Assembly (NCBI GenBank): GCA_004431415.1
Contig: QPMI01000356.1
Location: 1-50,305, forward strand
From: Cyanophora paradoxa CCMP329
Lineage: Eukaryota; Plantae; Glaucophyta
Length of the DNA: 50,305 bases
Direction: 5' to 3'
Positions 47,001-50,305 of the stretch are shown here, piece by piece. Position 1 is the stretch's first letter. Each line of letters starts with the position of its first letter. Under the pieces are notes generated by a model. The model worked only from the letters and a program-made list of their open reading frames with translations, did not search any database and was not told where the DNA came from. Both the position numbers and the translations under genes were made by a program.

Positions 47001-48733
47001 CCTGCCCCGCCATAGCTTCCACCAGGCAGACGCGGCACGCGAGCGAGCGAGCAGAGGGACGGGGCTGACGGGCGGGCGCAGGCGGTGGTGGCGATGATGC
47101 GGCGCTTCGGGAACCGCGCGCTGATGGGCGCCGTGACGAGCTTTGGGGGGAAGCCGAACGGTGCGCCTCAGGGCCCCCTCGCCGGCGCCTCGCCTCTTTC
47201 GCGGCCTCGCCGCTGCCTCCTCCTCGCCCCTCTTCGCGGCCTCTGACGAAGGCCGGGGCAGGGTTCATCACGGTGTCGCAGACGGAGGCGCGGCGCTGGA
47301 CGGAGGACGAGGAGCGCCTCCTCGGCACCGTCGCCGAGCAGATGGGCTCGCCATCGGTCCGCCCGCATCCCTGGCCGGCGCCTCGCCGCAGGCCCCGCGC
47401 GCGCCGCTGAGGGCGGCGCAGCGCAGTCGCAGCTGCTGCGGGAGGAGCAGCAGCAGCGCGAGCTCCTCGCCTCCCGCGTGCGCCCCGCCCCCGAAGCCCG
47501 CTTGGGCGGACCAGAGCTCGCGCGCACGCCAGAGATGCACCTTGCTAGGACTCGAGACGTAGGCTACAGAACGCCTGTAGATCATCTCAGACGGTTTATA
47601 GAAACTTTTGCACATGCCGGCCTGCCCGCGGCGCATCCCGCCTCGCGATGGCGGCTGAGGCCTCGCGGGCAGAACGCGGCGCTGGAGGAGGCGCGGCGGG
47701 AGGCGGACGCGGCGAGCCGCACCAAGTCCCAGTTCCTCGCCATGGCCCGCCGCCCGCCCTTGCGGGGGATTGAGAGCGAGGTGCTCGGGGGCGGGGCTGA
47801 CGGCGGGGCGGGCAGGTCTCGCACGAGGTGCGGACCCCGATGAACGCCATCCTCGTGCGCCCGCCCCCGCCGCGCCCGCGCATCCCCGTAGGCGCCGGTT
47901 GAGGGGGCGGGGCGGGCAGAACATGGCCGACTTCCTCCTCGTGCGCCCCGCCGCCCGCCCCGGGGCCTCCGCCCGGCCGGGGCGCCCCGGCTGAGGCCGC
48001 CGGCGCCCCCGCAGGAGACGGAGCTCAGCGCGCTGCAGCGCGACTACTGCGCCACCATCCAGGCGCGCCCCGGCCCTCCCGGGGCGGGGCGGCGGGGGGC
48101 TCAGGGGCCGGGGCAGAACTCGTCGGCGGCGCTCCTCAACATCCTCCGCGACATCCTCGGTCCGCCGCCCCCGGGGCGCGGCGGGGCGGGGCGGGGGGCG
48201 GGAAGAGGAGCGCGCCCGCCGGCAGCCTGCCGGCGCTGAGGCGGGCGGGGCGGGGCGGGCGGGGCGGGGGCAGACACGTCGCGGCTGGAGTTTGGGAAGG
48301 TGGAGATCCGGCGTGCCCCGTCGCCCCGCCGCCCTCGTCCAGCAGGCCCGCCCCCGCCCCCGCCCCGCCCGGCCGCCCCGCCACCCGCCCCGAGGGCCGG
48401 CTCGAGCGGGGCCGGGGCAGGTGGTGGACCTGATGGCCCCTCGGCCGCCCAGAAGGCGCGCCACCCGCCCCGCCCCGCCCGCCAGCGCCCCACCCGAGCC
48501 CGCCCCACCACGCGCCTCGGGCGGTCTCTGGAGCGGGCGGCGCCGCGCTGAGCCGGGGCCTCGGGCGCAGGGGTTGGACCTCTCGTACCACGTGGCGGCG
48601 AGCTGCCCGGCGATGCTGCACGCCGACGGGCCCCGCCTCACCCAGATCCTCGTCCGCCCGGCCCGGCCCCGGCCTCCTCTTCCCCCCGGCCGACGCGTTG
48701 GACGCGCCGCAGATCAACCTCATCGGGAGTGCG

Positions 48734-48772
<39 letters not shown>

Positions 48773-50305
48773 CGCGCCCGCGAGGCGGAGCTGAGGCGGG
48801 GGCGCAGACGGCGTCAAGTTCACGCACAGCGGCGAAGTCTCCCTCCGCCTCTCCTGCGAGGCCCGCCGGCCCCCCGCCGCCCCCCGCCAGCGGCCTCGAG
48901 GCGGGGGCGCGCTGAGCGGGCGGGGCGGGGCAGGCGGGGCGCTGCGGGCGGTGATCCGGACACGGGGATCGGGATCGCTGCGGAGGACCAGGAGAAGCTC
49001 TTCTCCTGGTTCCACAGGTCGACTCCTCCCACTCCCGCCAGTACGGCGGCACCGGCCTCGGTGCGCCCCCGGGCCGCGCGGGGCCGGCGGGGCCGGGCCC
49101 GAGGGTGCGGGGGCGGGCAGGCCTCTTCATCTCGCGAAGCTCGCTCTCCTCATGGGCGGCGACATCGAGGCCCGCTCCGAGGAGGTCCCGCCCCCCTCCC
49201 CGCCCCGGCCCCTCGCCGGCCCGCCCAGCCTCGCGCCCCGCAGGGCCGCGGCTCCACTTCGTTCTCACCATCCCCTCGCCTGCCTTGCCGCCCCGAGGCG
49301 AGCCCGAGGCCGAGGAGCCGGCGCACGGGGCGGAGGCGGGGGGCGGGGCGGGCGCTGGCGCTGGCGGGGCGCGCGGTGGCGCTGTGGACGCGCTCCGAGG
49401 CGACTGCCGCCCTCGTGCAGGCGCGCCCCCTCCCTCCACCGCGCGGGGCGAGGGGCCAGGGGAGCCTCGAGGCGCCGCCAGGCGCTGCGCCCGGAAGCCT
49501 CACCGGGGGTCGCGCAGGACGCGCTGGCCGCGCCGGCGCCACCGTCCTCCTCTCGGCCCCGCGCCCGCCCGGCCCCGGCCCGGCCCGGCCACGCGTGGGC
49601 GGGTGGAGGCGGCGGTGGTGGACGTGGGGGCGCGCTCGACGCTGCTCGCGGGGTGCGGCGGAGGTGGCGCGCTGGCCTGCCCCTCGTCGCCCTCGCCCCG
49701 TGGGGGACCCGCCCGAGGAGAGCGCCTCTTCGAGGTGTGCCCCGCCCGGCGCCGGGCACCCTCGCCCTCACGCCAGCGCCGCGGCGCGTGGGCGCTGCCG
49801 GCAGGCGTGCGCGGGGTGGTGAGCAAGCCGCTGCGCCCCGCAGCCTCGTTGACTGCGTCGCCGCCGTCGCCGCGGGGCGCGCCCCGCCCCTCCTCCGCCC
49901 GCCGCCTCGCCGCCTCCTCCCCGGCCCGGGCGATTGCGAGCAGGCCCGCCCCCGCCCCGGCCCCGGGCCGCGCCGCGAGCCCCCTCCGCATCCTCGGTCC
50001 GCCCGCGCCCCGTCCCGCCTCGGGTCCTCGGGCCGTGACGCGGGGCGGGCGCAGTGTGCGAGGACGTGAGGTGAACAAGCGCATCCTCCTCCTCATGCTC
50101 GAGAAGCGCGGCTACCCCGCCGCCGCGCGCGCCGTCCGCCCCCCCGCAGAGGCCCCGCACCGCCCGGCCGCCCCGCCCGCTGAGCCCCTCCCGCAGGTGA
50201 GCAACGGGGCGGAGGCGCTGGCGGAGGTCCGCGCCGCCGCCCCGCCGCCGCCCCCTACGACTGCCTCGTGCGCCGCCCTCGCGCCCGCCTTCGCGAGTGA
50301 CGGCG
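44006..50305 (+). CDS. Hybrid sensor histidine kinase (GAF-like N-terminal region, HisKA, HATPase, receiver); runs off window; several apparent 1-nt indels
   Basis: SRTKSQFLAM|VSHEVRTPMNAIL (H box), DTSRLEFGK, DGPRLTQIL|INLIG|NGVKFTHSGEV (N box), DTGIGIAAEDQEKLF, QYGGTGL|GLFIS, LMGGDI, GRGST. Receiver start ED..VNKRILLLMLEKRGY...VSNGAEAL. Confidence 0.88.

Noticed and set aside
1-50305. Hundreds of long overlapping Arg/Pro/Gly/Ala-rich ORFs (e.g. 15136-17160 +, 44019-45881 +)
   Set aside because: Expected from stop-codon scarcity at very high GC. They are antisense or off-frame to spliced genes with recognisable motifs.

Overview
Eukaryotic nuclear DNA, very GC-rich and intron-dense, probably from a photosynthetic flagellate. 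A cyanobacterial-type DUF4336 gene, a dynein-light-chain-type thioredoxin and a hybrid His kinase point that way. The style resembles a glaucophyte such as Cyanophora, but that is inference. Genes are cut by many ~50-80 nt introns (GT-AG and frequently GC-AG, with a CTGAC/CTGAG/CTCAC branch motif), so most long ORFs in the supplied track are GC-rich shadows. I reconstructed 17 spliced genes by eye: coiled-coil protein, TPR protein, DUF4336 protein, unknown low-complexity protein, class I methyltransferase, nurim/MddA-like methyltransferase, DNAJC21/Jjj1, small DnaJ, pepsin-like protease, DXO/Rai1, large TPR-like protein, DET2/SRD5A, SNM1/Artemis-family nuclease, bZIP, thioredoxin-like protein, MBOAT/wax-synthase-like protein and a hybrid histidine kinase running off the end. 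Fourteen of the 17 lie in head-to-head pairs. The strongest unexplained signal is a 116-bp dispersed element: two full copies 28 kb apart and one 5'-truncated copy with a 6-bp target-site duplication. It folds into a G-U-containing hairpin on one strand only, which suggests a small structured-RNA mobile element. Other oddities are palindrome-mosaic intergenic DNA, AT-rich inserts inside introns, G-rich splice acceptors and microexons. Gene starts and ends are manual estimates.
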